From Spirochaetota bacterium (lineage in GTDB: Bacteria; Spirochaetota; GWE2-31-10): a DNA stretch of 63,978 bases. Of this stretch, positions 36,721 to 45,798 are shown one piece after another. Where the stretch lies: the NCBI GenBank assembly GCA_045133795.1, contig JBGUUT010000115.1:1-63978 (forward strand). The letters run 5' to 3'. Made by a program: the position numbers and the translations under genes. The notes below the pieces were generated by a model. The model worked only from the letters and a program-made list of their open reading frames with translations, did not search any database and was not told the origin of the DNA. How positions within the stretch are numbered: position 1 is the stretch's first letter; the number at the start of each line of letters is the position of its first letter.

Positions 36721-36817
36721 AGAATAATTACCTCAAAGGTGTTTATACTATATTTATGAATTAACGTAAGCATTCCTTGTCATTTTTTAGTGTAGAAGAT
36801 TAAAACTTGTGTTCTTA

Positions 36818-36846
36818 TTGACTCAAAAAAATGAAAAGATTATATA
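36818..36846 (+). promoter_or_regulatory. candidate promoter giving a leaderless antiporter mRNA
   Basis: TTGACT (36818..36823), a 17-nt spacer, then TATATA (36841..36846). The ATG at 36853 lies 7 nt after the -10, and there is no SD. Confidence 0.4.
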
Positions 36847-36852
36847 TTTTGC

Positions 36853-38880
36853 ATGGATTTTTCACATATTTTCCCGGCAAAAGACCCGGTTATTGTTTTT
36901 TCTATTATAAGCTTAGTTATTCTTTTCGTTCCTATTTTGTTTGAACGCATTCATATGCCGGGGTTGGTTGGTTTTATTGTTGTCGGAGCTTTGCTCGGAG
37001 AACATGGCTTTAATATTTTGCAGCGAGACAGTGCAATAACATTGTTTGGAACTGTGGGATTGTTATATATAATGTTTGCTTCTGGTTTGGAAACAGATAT
37101 TGATGACTTTAAGAAGAATACAAAACGAAGTCTGATTTTCGGATTATTGACCTTTATTATACCGCAAGGGCTGGGAGCTCTAATTTCTTATTATATTTTG
37201 GGGTTTTCTTGGGTTTCATCTTTACTTTTGGCGAGTATGTTTGCTTCTCATACCTTATTGGCTTATCCTCTTGTAAGTAAATTTAATATATCAAAAAATG
37301 AAGCGGTTACGATTACTGTAGGCGGAACGATTATAGTAAATTTTTTAGCGTTGTTAGTTTTATCGATAATTGTTAATGCTGACGGCGGCGATTTAAATAT
37401 TATGTTTTGGGTAAAACTTACAATTAATGTTTTGATGTTTTTGTTAATTGTATTGTTTGTGTTGCCGCCGGCATGTCGTTGGTTTTTTAGAAAACTAAAC
37501 AGCGAAGACGGTTCACAATTTGTTTTTGTTCTTTCGGTAATTTTCGGAATCAGTCTCTTAGCCCAAATTTTGGGAATTGAACCAATTATCGGAGCTTTTT
37601 TTGCGGGATTGATTTTGAGTAATTTAATTTCTCCTACATCAAAACTGGCAGATAGATTGTCTTTTACCGGAAACAGTCTTTTTATTCCGTTTTTTTTAAT
37701 CAGTGTAGGAATGCTTATAAATATAAAAGGATTTGGCAGCGGTTTTACGCCGTGGTTGGTTGCGATTGTAATGATTTTAACTGCAACGTTATGTAAATTT
37801 TTACCGGCAGTAATTGTTCGTTATGCTTTTCGTTATACCAAAGATGAAGGTTGGTTGATTTTTGGACTTTCAAATGCACAAGCCGCAGCAACATTGGCAG
37901 CAGTAATGGTCGGACATCAGAAAGGATTGTTAAACGATGATGTTCTTAACGGAACAATTTTGATGATTGTTGCTACGGTATTTGTAAGTACTTATGTTAC
38001 CGATCGTGTCGGTCGACGTATTGCTGTTACGATGAAAGAAAACGCACCTTATGATAATGGACAAAATAATTATTTGATAAATGTTTTTAATCCTAAAACA
38101 GCAGAACATTTGATAAATCTGGCATTACTTTTCAGTAATGATAAAGCTAATATGTATGCGTTATCAATTGTTAATGACGGAAAAAATATCGAAGCTCAAA
38201 AAAAGAATATTTCAGATATTCACGAGCATGTGAAAAAATATGCAAAACAACTTAACAAAGATGTTGAAACTTCAATGCGTGTTGATATTAATATTCCGGG
38301 CGGAATTGTTCGAGCATCAAAAGAGCTTAATGCCGGGAATATGTTGATTGGTTGGAACGGAAAAACAAAAGCTACGGATAAATTGTTTGGGTCATTATCT
38401 ACGCAGATTCTTCAGAATTCCAACGGACAACTTATGATTTGTAATGTTCAAAAACAATTGGAAACAATTCGTCAGATTTCAGTTTTTTTCCCTAATAATA
38501 TAGAAAAAGAAACTTGTTTTAATGATTTATTGCGGTCTATTTTGAATATTGCCGAGAAAAGAAAAATTCCTATGCATATTCACTGTGCGGAATCAATATG
38601 TCAATCAATATCAGAAGTTTGTCATCCTGATTTAGTGTCTATTGTAGGTTCAAAGACAAATGTAGAACGAATGAAAATGATATTCGGCAATTTAACGGAA
38701 GATAATTTTGTAATTGTTGTCGGTGCAAGGAAAAACTCTATATCATGGTCGAAAGAAAATGATAAAATTCCTAAATTATTAAATAATTATTTTGCAAAAC
38801 ATGATTTTGTTTTAATTTATCCGCGAATATTACCGGACAGCGGCAATGTAAATCTTTTTGAATCAGAGGTTGTTACATGA
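36853..38880 (+). CDS. cation:proton antiporter (CPA2/KefB-like) with C-terminal cytoplasmic USP-like region
   Basis: About 12 TM helices. 'MPGLVGFIVVGALLGEHGF', 'LLYIMFASGLE' and 'GAFFAGLIL' are typical Na_H_Exchanger landmarks. Confidence 0.85.
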   Translation: MDFSHIFPAKDPVIVFSIISLVILFVPILFERIHMPGLVGFIVVGALLGEHGFNILQRDSAITLFGTVGLLYIMFASGLETDIDDFKKNTKRSLIFGLLTFIIPQGLGALISYYILGFSWVSSLLLASMFASHTLLAYPLVSKFNISKNEAVTITVGGTIIVNFLALLVLSIIVNADGGDLNIMFWVKLTINVLMFLLIVLFVLPPACRWFFRKLNSEDGSQFVFVLSVIFGISLLAQILGIEPIIGAFFAGLILSNLISPTSKLADRLSFTGNSLFIPFFLISVGMLINIKGFGSGFTPWLVAIVMILTATLCKFLPAVIVRYAFRYTKDEGWLIFGLSNAQAAATLAAVMVGHQKGLLNDDVLNGTILMIVATVFVSTYVTDRVGRRIAVTMKENAPYDNGQNNYLINVFNPKTAEHLINLALLFSNDKANMYALSIVNDGKNIEAQKKNISDIHEHVKKYAKQLNKDVETSMRVDINIPGGIVRASKELNAGNMLIGWNGKTKATDKLFGSLSTQILQNSNGQLMICNVQKQLETIRQISVFFPNNIEKETCFNDLLRSILNIAEKRKIPMHIHCAESICQSISEVCHPDLVSIVGSKTNVERMKMIFGNLTEDNFVIVVGARKNSISWSKENDKIPKLLNNYFAKHDFVLIYPRILPDSGNVNLFESEVVT

Positions 38881-39380
38881 AAAATATAGTTTTAATCGGA
38901 ATGCCCGGAGCCGGGAAAAGTACAATAGGCGTTGTATTGGCAAAAATCGCCGGTATCAATTTTGTGGATACAGATCTTTTGATTCAACAACAAGAAGGAA
39001 AATTGTTGCAAGTCATTGTTGATGAAATAGGATGTGATAATTTTATAACTCTTGAAGGTGATTTTTTGTCAGTTTTTAAAACTCAACGTGTGAGTGTTGT
39101 AGCTACCGGCGGCAGTGCGGTTTATACAGAAAAGGCAATGAATAATTTGAAAGATATCGGTGATATTGTTTATTTACAATTACCGTATGAAGAGATAGAA
39201 AAACGAATTCATAATATTACGACTCGTGGTTTAGCTATGGCAAAAGGGAAGACATTACTTAATTTATATGAAGAACGTCTTCCGCTTTATCAAAAATATG
39301 CAGATTTGATTATAGATTGTTTGGGTAAAACAATTGAAGAAATAGCATTGGAGATTTTGAATAAAGTTAAAAAAGATTAG
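38877..39380 (+). CDS. aroK: shikimate kinase
   Basis: 'IVLIGMPGAGKSTIG', 'FVDTD' and 'VVATGGG(S)AV'. ATGA overlap with the antiporter gene. Confidence 0.85.
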   Translation: MKNIVLIGMPGAGKSTIGVVLAKIAGINFVDTDLLIQQQEGKLLQVIVDEIGCDNFITLEGDFLSVFKTQRVSVVATGGSAVYTEKAMNNLKDIGDIVYLQLPYEEIEKRIHNITTRGLAMAKGKTLLNLYEERLPLYQKYADLIIDCLGKTIEEIALEILNKVKKD

Positions 39381-40092
39381 AATGTTTTTCGATAAGTGTT
39401 TCGATTTCTCCGTTAGCAATCATTTCTTTGATAATCGTATTTATTTCTGTCAATAATTTAGAATTGCTCTTATTTACGCAAATTCCATAATATTCGGTAC
39501 CATCTTTTAAAGGATGACTTTGTAATTGTGAATATTGTGTTGTAGCCCAAAGAGCGGTTTGTTGATCTATAACGACGGCTTCAGTTTCATTGTTTAATAA
39601 TGCTCTTATTGTATGCAAAGTTGTAGGATACGTAAGTAAATTTGTTTTCTTTAATCCCATTTGTTTAATAAGTGTGTGACTGGAAGTTCCTTGTTTTACA
39701 CCGATTTTTAATCCATCAAGCTCACTTTTATTTGTAACCGGAAAGTCTTTTAATGAAATTATGAATTGTTCACTTTTTGCGTAGGGTATGGAAAAAGCGA
39801 CTCGTTCTTGGCGGTCTGGAGTAATTGTGATAGCTGCAATTCCTATATCTCCTATTTTTCTTTCGATGGACGGGATAATTGAAGTAAAACCGACAGAAAA
39901 TATTTTTATTTTTTTATTTAATTTTTGGGCAATAACTGCAGCAATGTCCGGGTCTACACCGGAAGGAATGCCGTCTTTTATATATTCGAATGGCGGGAAA
40001 CTATGGTCGGTAAGAACAACTAATTCATTTTTGTTACTGCATGAGAGAAGAAAGACAACTGAAAATATAAATGTATAGATTATTTTTGCCAT
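39367..40092 (-). CDS. amino-acid ABC transporter substrate-binding lipoprotein (SBP_bac_3)
   Basis: Lipobox 'FLLSC'; 'PPFEY', 'GVDPDIA', 'GDIGIAAITITPDR' and 'FSIPY'. Confidence 0.8.
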   Translation of the reverse strand: MAKIIYTFIFSVVFLLSCSNKNELVVLTDHSFPPFEYIKDGIPSGVDPDIAAVIAQKLNKKIKIFSVGFTSIIPSIERKIGDIGIAAITITPDRQERVAFSIPYAKSEQFIISLKDFPVTNKSELDGLKIGVKQGTSSHTLIKQMGLKKTNLLTYPTTLHTIRALLNNETEAVVIDQQTALWATTQYSQLQSHPLKDGTEYYGICVNKSNSKLLTEINTIIKEMIANGEIETLIEKHSNLF

Positions 40093-40230
40093 AATACTAC
40101 TCCTATAAAAATAGCTTTTACGTAAAGATTAACCGCAGTAAAAAGTTACGGCAAAAAAATTACACAATAGGATTATGAGAGGAAAATCCCCAAAATAAGA
40201 ACTTATTGTATATTTTTATTTAAATAACTA

Positions 40231-40258
40231 TTGCAATATAAAAAAAAATGTATATAAT
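40231..40258 (+). promoter_or_regulatory. candidate acpP promoter (TTGCAA, 16-nt spacer, TATAAT)
   Basis: TTGCAA at 40231..40236 and TATAAT at 40253..40258. The spacer contains an A9 run. Confidence 0.5.
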
Positions 40259-40270
40259 ACTAATCAACTT

Positions 40271-40286
40271 ATGACCAGTTGGTCAT
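40271..40286. promoter_or_regulatory. perfect 16-bp palindrome ATGACCAGTTGGTCAT between the acpP -10 and SD (operator or 5'-UTR hairpin candidate)
   Basis: Read directly from the sequence. Starts 13 nt after the TATAAT and ends 15 nt before the GGGAG SD. Confidence 0.35.
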
Positions 40287-40312
40287 GTTAATTTTTGTGA
40301 AGGGAGTTCGAA

Positions 40313-40555
40313 ATGACAAACGAAGAAATTTTTGAAAAAGTTAAAAAATTAATTGCAGAGAGATTAGCTGTAAATGAAAGTAAAATTGTTCCTGAAGCTT
40401 CTTTTATTGAAGATTTAGGTGCTGATTCTTTAGATACAGTAGAATTGCTTACACAATTGGAATCTGAATTTAACATTACTATTCCGGATGAAGATGCTGA
40501 AAAAATCACTACAGTTGGAAGTGTTATTGAGTACATTCAGAAGAATGAAGCGTAA
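40313..40555 (+). CDS. acpP: acyl carrier protein (housekeeping)
   Basis: '[23 protein letters not shown]' is the canonical AcpP motif. Confidence 0.92.
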   Translation: MTNEEIFEKVKKLIAERLAVNESKIVPEASFIEDLGADSLDTVELLTQLESEFNITIPDEDAEKITTVGSVIEYIQKNEA

Positions 40556-40583
40556 TTAAATTCATTATGATTTAGTGAATAGG

Positions 40584-40627
40584 CCTTTATAAAAGAACCC
40601 AGATGTTTTTTTATAAAGGTTTTTTTA
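40584..40627 (+). terminator. rho-independent terminator/attenuator after acpP
   Basis: cctttataaaa ... ttttataaagg forms an 11-bp stem followed by TTTTTTTA. Confidence 0.65.
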
Positions 40628-40670
40628 TTAGGAAAAGAGTGTTATTTTATTCTGGATACGGAGTTAGACT

Positions 40671-41456
40671 TTGGAAACAAAAAGAAAAGAAGAATTAAAG
40701 AAATTTCTGAAAGAACAAAAAATAAAGTTTAATGATCTTGATCTTCTGGATTTGGCATTATCTCATCGTTCATTTGCTAATGAGAAAAATGTGGGAATGG
40801 GAAATAATGAAAAATTAGAATTCTTAGGTGATTCTGTTTTAGGTTTAATTATTACAGAGTTTCTTTATAAAAATTATTCATCTTTGCATGAAGGAAATTT
40901 TGCCAGAGTAAAATCCTTTGTGGTCAGTGAAGAAATGCTATCAACGCAAGGGAAAAATATCGGATTAAATAAATTGATAAAAATAGGTCACGGAGAAGAA
41001 ATGACCGGAGGGCGTGAGAAAAAAGCGATAATTGCTGATGCCTTTGAAGCTTTTCTCGGTGCAATGTATCTGGATTCAAAATATTCACGTGTAGAAGAAT
41101 TTGTTGTCCGATTATTTGAGGAAGAAATTAAACTTGTGGTGAATGAACGTCAAGGACAAGATTATAAGACATTGCTGCAAGAATATGTTCAGAAAAAATA
41201 TCGTGATTGTCCGCAATATCGCCAGATATCGGAAAGCGGCCCGGAACACAATAAAACTTTTTTAATGGAAGTTCTTGTTGATAATCAAGTTATAGCTCAA
41301 GCTACCGGGAAATCAAAAAAAGAAGCAGAAAAGAATGCCGCAAAAATAGCTTATCGAAGAATTATTGATAATTTCCCTAAAGAAGAAAAACAGACTACTG
41401 GAAATCATGAAAAAAGCCGAAAACATTACAGAAAAAGGAGAGGTAATACAGAATGA
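40671..41456 (+). CDS. rnc: ribonuclease III
   Basis: 'NEKLEFLGDSVLG' catalytic signature and 'ADAFEAFLGA'. C-terminal dsRBD 'DYKTLLQEYVQK...GPEHNKTF...GKSKKEAEKNAA'. TTG start and a basic C-terminal tail. Confidence 0.9.
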   Translation: METKRKEELKKFLKEQKIKFNDLDLLDLALSHRSFANEKNVGMGNNEKLEFLGDSVLGLIITEFLYKNYSSLHEGNFARVKSFVVSEEMLSTQGKNIGLNKLIKIGHGEEMTGGREKKAIIADAFEAFLGAMYLDSKYSRVEEFVVRLFEEEIKLVVNERQGQDYKTLLQEYVQKKYRDCPQYRQISESGPEHNKTFLMEVLVDNQVIAQATGKSKKEAEKNAAKIAYRRIIDNFPKEEKQTTGNHEKSRKHYRKRRGNTE

Positions 41457-42496
41457 TTTCGGTAGGAAATATAAAAATTGGCGATAAAGGTTTTATTCCC
41501 GTACAGACAATGTTAAAGAATCCGGTATGGGAAATTGATAAAACATTAAAAAAAATAGAAAATCTTGAAAGAATCGGATGTGATATTTTAAGAATTACAG
41601 TTCCGGACCAAAAAGCATTGGAGGGACTAAAAGAGATATTAAAACGGACTAAAATGCCGATTGTAGCGGATATTCATTTTGATTATAAATTGGCGATAGC
41701 TTCAATTGAAGCAGGAGTTCACAAAGTTCGTATAAATCCCGGAAATATAGGCGATAAAGATAGAGTTCAAAGTGTAATTGCATGTTTAAAAAAACACGGA
41801 ACTCCGGTACGAATAGGAATAAATAAAGGTTCTTTGCCAAAACATTTAAAAGAAAAATACAATGATCCGATAAAAATAATGATTGAATCTGCCCGTGAAG
41901 AAGCAGGGTATTTCCGAGATGCAGGATATGATAATGTGGTTCTTTCATTCAAATCTTCTACCGTGATGGAAACAATAAAGGTTAATCGACTTGCTAAACA
42001 AGAATTTGATTATCCTTTGCATATCGGAGTGACCGAAGCAGGAGATTTGATTGACGGAACAATAAAAAACAGTATAGGGATTGCAACTCTTTTACAGGAA
42101 GGTATCGGCGATACAATTCGTGTAAGTTTGACAGCTGCGGAAGAGGAAGAAGTCAGAACCGGAATGAAAATTTTGGAAGCGTTGAAATTACGTGAGAGCC
42201 ATGTGGAAATTATAAGTTGTCCGACTTGTGGGCGAACCGAAATAGAATTGGCTAGTTTGGGACAACAAGTAAAAGCTCTTACGGAAGGGAAACGTTTTTG
42301 TAAGAATTTAAAAATTGCGGTTATGGGGTGTGTTGTAAATGGACCGGGAGAAGCCGGAGAGTGTGATTTCGGAATTGCAGGCGGGAAAGATCAATCAATT
42401 TTATTCAAAGACGGGAAAAAGCTAAAAGTTATCAAAAATGACAGTATAATGTCTGAAATGGAGCAACTTTTAATGGGGTATTATGAAAAAGATTAA
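41453..42496 (+). CDS. ispG: 4-hydroxy-3-methylbut-2-en-1-yl diphosphate synthase
   Basis: 'IPVQTM', 'RITVPD', 'VADIHFDY', 'RINPGNIG', 'IGVTEAG', 'CPTCGRT' and 'GCVVNGPGEA'. ATGA overlap with rnc. Confidence 0.92.
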   Translation: MISVGNIKIGDKGFIPVQTMLKNPVWEIDKTLKKIENLERIGCDILRITVPDQKALEGLKEILKRTKMPIVADIHFDYKLAIASIEAGVHKVRINPGNIGDKDRVQSVIACLKKHGTPVRIGINKGSLPKHLKEKYNDPIKIMIESAREEAGYFRDAGYDNVVLSFKSSTVMETIKVNRLAKQEFDYPLHIGVTEAGDLIDGTIKNSIGIATLLQEGIGDTIRVSLTAAEEEEVRTGMKILEALKLRESHVEIISCPTCGRTEIELASLGQQVKALTEGKRFCKNLKIAVMGCVVNGPGEAGECDFGIAGGKDQSILFKDGKKLKVIKNDSIMSEMEQLLMGYYEKD

Positions 42497-43499
42497 TCTG
42501 ATAATTTTATTTCTTTTGCAATGTTTGTGGATTTTTGCATCGAAAGAGCCGAGCTGGGTGCATTTAAAACGTGCTGAAAATCTTACTGCTAAAGGCGAAT
42601 ATTCAGAAGCAATGAGTGAAGTGCGTAAAGCCAGAGCTCGTCGTATTGATGAAGCATTGGAACGTTATTGGAATAAATTGTTAGTGGAAAATCCGGATAA
42701 AACGGATTATGAGTTAAAAAAGCTCTTGCAGAAAGAAGAACAAAAGTTGAAAGTTTCGGATAATTATCCGCAATATCACAATATTGTGGGGGATTTGTAT
42801 GTAAAAACAAATTTCTTATCGGAAGCGGAGCGAGAATATAAGTTAGTTTTAGAACAGCAGGAGTTTTTAGATTATCCGGATGAGATATTAAATGTTCGTT
42901 ATAAACTTGCAGAATTGTACAGCAGTCGCGGCGATTTAAATCTTGAAGAGATGACTTATCTTGAAATTATAAACGGGTTTCTTTCTACAAAAAAAGACAC
43001 TTATTGGGAACGAGTGCGCTACAATATTCGTCAGGATATAACTTTGTCGCATATATTTAAAGTTTATAGATTTGATAACGGAATGAAGTATTTTAATGCA
43101 CTTTATAATATAGGACGTTATGCTGCGATAGCTCAAAAAAGAGACGAGTCGTTATTTTATTTAGGATGTGCTGCGATTGTTTGGATGACGCATGTTAATA
43201 ATGAGATTCGTAAAGTTCAGCCGGATTTTCATTATACCGGACCGGCTAATTTTATTAACTATATAGGTAATCCTGCATTTCAAATAATGCTGACAGAAGA
43301 TTTTGTTTTTGATAAATTAATGTTTTATATCGGATATAATCATTTTCTGAACGGTAATATTCAGGAGCGAGATTATTATTTTGGTTTGGCAAAAAGTTTT
43401 GCTGCTAAAGTCGGACGAGTTAATATGATTAATGACCAGATTGATTATTTGATAGCTCATCCGGATCATGTGTTGACATATCAGGAAATATTGAAATAG
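42483..43499 (+). CDS. secreted hypothetical protein with TPR-like helical repeats
   Basis: Signal peptide 'LIILFLLQCLWIFAS'. 'KGEYSEAMSEV' and 'GDLYVKTNFLSEAEREYKLVLE' are TPR-like. The gene overlaps ispG by 14 nt. Confidence 0.45.
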   Translation: MKKINLIILFLLQCLWIFASKEPSWVHLKRAENLTAKGEYSEAMSEVRKARARRIDEALERYWNKLLVENPDKTDYELKKLLQKEEQKLKVSDNYPQYHNIVGDLYVKTNFLSEAEREYKLVLEQQEFLDYPDEILNVRYKLAELYSSRGDLNLEEMTYLEIINGFLSTKKDTYWERVRYNIRQDITLSHIFKVYRFDNGMKYFNALYNIGRYAAIAQKRDESLFYLGCAAIVWMTHVNNEIRKVQPDFHYTGPANFINYIGNPAFQIMLTEDFVFDKLMFYIGYNHFLNGNIQERDYYFGLAKSFAAKVGRVNMINDQIDYLIAHPDHVLTYQEILK

Positions 43500-43501
43500 T
43501 T

Positions 43502-44575
43502 ATGGTTATAAAAAGAAATCTGTTTATTTTTTTATTGTTTGTTTTTTTATGCAGTTGTTTTAATGGAAATAAAAATCTTAATACGGAAATAGAAATGATT
43601 GAGCCGGAGATTTACGCAAAGTATTTATCAATGGCACCCGGTAATGAAAAACCTAATCTGTATTACAGCGATGAGTCTATGTTGGGATTAAAACTTTCAC
43701 GTTTTGCTCAAAAAAGATGGGAAACAACTTATTTAGATCAGTTAGATACTCAAGAACATTTTAATCCGGTTATGGGAAAACATTTTTTGTTATATGACAA
43801 ATTGTTTTATCTGGATTATCAGTCAGAAAGCAGAATTGTATTAAAGCAATTAATAGAAAAAGAAGAGGGCGGATTTTTAGCGGACGGAACTAGAGTTTCA
43901 TGTTCTGATTTTTGTATACTCCAAGATTCGCCGGAAAGTGAACCGCTTCTTTTTTATAATGACGGCGGAGAATTAAAGGCTGCAATACTTGAAGAACACA
44001 GGTATCTGGATAAATTAGAATTTGATACTGAAAAAATTAAGAGTGTAGAAGAATTTCAGGTTTTTAAAACATTAGATTATTACACGATGGTTTACAGCGG
44101 AGACGGTGGATTATTTTTAGTTCGTTTGGCATTGAATGCGGAAGAAAAAAAGATTGAGGTCGAAAGTCTTTTGCAGATAGACAGCGGAATCGAGATGTTT
44201 CATGCAACATTATTTGATGATGATGTTACGATTTTGTATTACTCAAGAGAATATCTTTTGAGTTATTATTGCGGCGGAACAAATCAAAAGATTGGTTATT
44301 ATCCGGAAATTCATTTTCTAAATGTTAATTATCGTGCAAAATCTCCGGTTTTTACTGTTTGTGCTCCGGATAGAGAATCGAAAAATCAACCGGTTTATGC
44401 TGTTTATTTTATTCATGAGGATTCGTATTCTCAGAAGAAATGGCGAGAAGATTTACTTGTTCGTTCTAATACTCCGTTTATTGCATGCAGTACATTAGAT
44501 GTGGCAGATAATTTTTATATGTTATTGTCCGGTAACGTTTTGCAATTGTTGACAATAAAAAATGCAGGAATGTAA
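43502..44575 (+). CDS. hypothetical lipoprotein
   Basis: Lipobox 'FVFLCSC'. No domain recognised. Starts 2 nt after the preceding gene. Confidence 0.45.
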   Translation: MVIKRNLFIFLLFVFLCSCFNGNKNLNTEIEMIEPEIYAKYLSMAPGNEKPNLYYSDESMLGLKLSRFAQKRWETTYLDQLDTQEHFNPVMGKHFLLYDKLFYLDYQSESRIVLKQLIEKEEGGFLADGTRVSCSDFCILQDSPESEPLLFYNDGGELKAAILEEHRYLDKLEFDTEKIKSVEEFQVFKTLDYYTMVYSGDGGLFLVRLALNAEEKKIEVESLLQIDSGIEMFHATLFDDDVTILYYSREYLLSYYCGGTNQKIGYYPEIHFLNVNYRAKSPVFTVCAPDRESKNQPVYAVYFIHEDSYSQKKWREDLLVRSNTPFIACSTLDVADNFYMLLSGNVLQLLTIKNAGM

Positions 44576-45796
44576 ATGCAAAAGTTTGATTTATTAATAA
44601 TCGGTGGCGGTAGTGCTGGAACTGCTGCTGCAATGCATTCCGTAGGAAAAAAAGTTGCGATTGCCGAGAAAACACAATTAGGCGGAATGTGCGTAAATGA
44701 AGGTTGTATTCCGTTTAAATCATTTTTGAATATAGTTGAAAGTATTGCCGATTGTCGTAAAGGAATTATCGGGATCGACCTTATTGAAAGGTCATTTAAT
44801 TATGAAGCGATTGTAGATGAAGTGAAACAGCGTATCGAAAGTGTACGTAAATCGCTGGAATTCTCACTGCAAAATATTACAGTGTATCATGATGAAGCAG
44901 TTATAACAGATAAAAATCATGCAGTTATTGCTAATGAAGAAATCGAGTTTGATTATTTGTTGATAGCTACGGGAAGTTCTCCTAAAGCAAATATGTCTGC
45001 GACAAAACAACTTTTTAATTTTACCACTCTTCCGCAAGAAATTAGTGTTATCGGCAGCGGTATCACCGGGATAGAAGCCGCATCGATATTAGCGAAGTTG
45101 GGAGTAAAAGTTACGTTGCAAGAAAAGCAAAACGTTATATGCCCCGGAATCCCGGAAATTTTGCGTAAAGAATTGCAAATTATATTAAGACGAAACGGTA
45201 TTTGGGTGAAAACAAACAGTCAAGATGTACCGGAGAATGCGTTGTGGTGTACCGGAAGTTCTCCGGTTTTACCTCGTTTTTTAAATGACTCACTTTGTCC
45301 TAAAACTGATGATTATGGCTGTTTGTGTATTGATGAAAATCAAAAGACAACGGTAGAAAACTGGTTTGCAGCCGGAGATGTGTGCAGCGGTACGCCTAAA
45401 TTGGCGTATATTGCATCGTATCAGGCAAAAAAAGCCGTTTCGACAATGTTCAATTTGTCGGATATTCCTAGAGTTGAGCCTCAATTTATTCCGTATTGTA
45501 TATTTGCACCTACACCGCTGGCTTGGTTCGGAGATTTTGATAATCCGGATTATAGGATTGAAAAAAAATCTTACAAAGCTGTACCTGCTGCAACAGTGTA
45601 TGATGATACTCGCGGTTTTGTGATTACAGCAACAAATCAAAACGGCCGGCTTTGCGGAGCTGCAATTTGCGGAACTGCAGCACATGAAATGATTCATCAA
45701 TTATTGATTTGTGCAAAGTACAAAATAACATTGAAAGATTTGCAAAATAATATTTTGACACTTCATCCGGTTTTATCGGAATTGTTGCAATTGTGA
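44576..45796 (+). CDS. class I pyridine nucleotide-disulfide oxidoreductase (Lpd/GR-like, short form)
   Basis: 'DLLIIGGGSAGTAAA' FAD motif, redox-active 'GGMCVNEGCIPFK', 'ISVIGSGITGIE' NAD motif, 'AAGDV' and a C-terminal 'HPVLSE'. Confidence 0.8.
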   Translation: MQKFDLLIIGGGSAGTAAAMHSVGKKVAIAEKTQLGGMCVNEGCIPFKSFLNIVESIADCRKGIIGIDLIERSFNYEAIVDEVKQRIESVRKSLEFSLQNITVYHDEAVITDKNHAVIANEEIEFDYLLIATGSSPKANMSATKQLFNFTTLPQEISVIGSGITGIEAASILAKLGVKVTLQEKQNVICPGIPEILRKELQIILRRNGIWVKTNSQDVPENALWCTGSSPVLPRFLNDSLCPKTDDYGCLCIDENQKTTVENWFAAGDVCSGTPKLAYIASYQAKKAVSTMFNLSDIPRVEPQFIPYCIFAPTPLAWFGDFDNPDYRIEKKSYKAVPAATVYDDTRGFVITATNQNGRLCGAAICGTAAHEMIHQLLICAKYKITLKDLQNNILTLHPVLSELLQL

Positions 45797-45798
45797 GA

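Noticed and set aside
45290-45700. 136-aa minus-strand ORF inside the flavoprotein gene, and similar internal ORFs in hisA, hisF and the M23 gene
   Set aside because: The opposite-strand frames carry clear enzyme motifs. These ORFs are Cys/Arg/Phe-rich nonsense.
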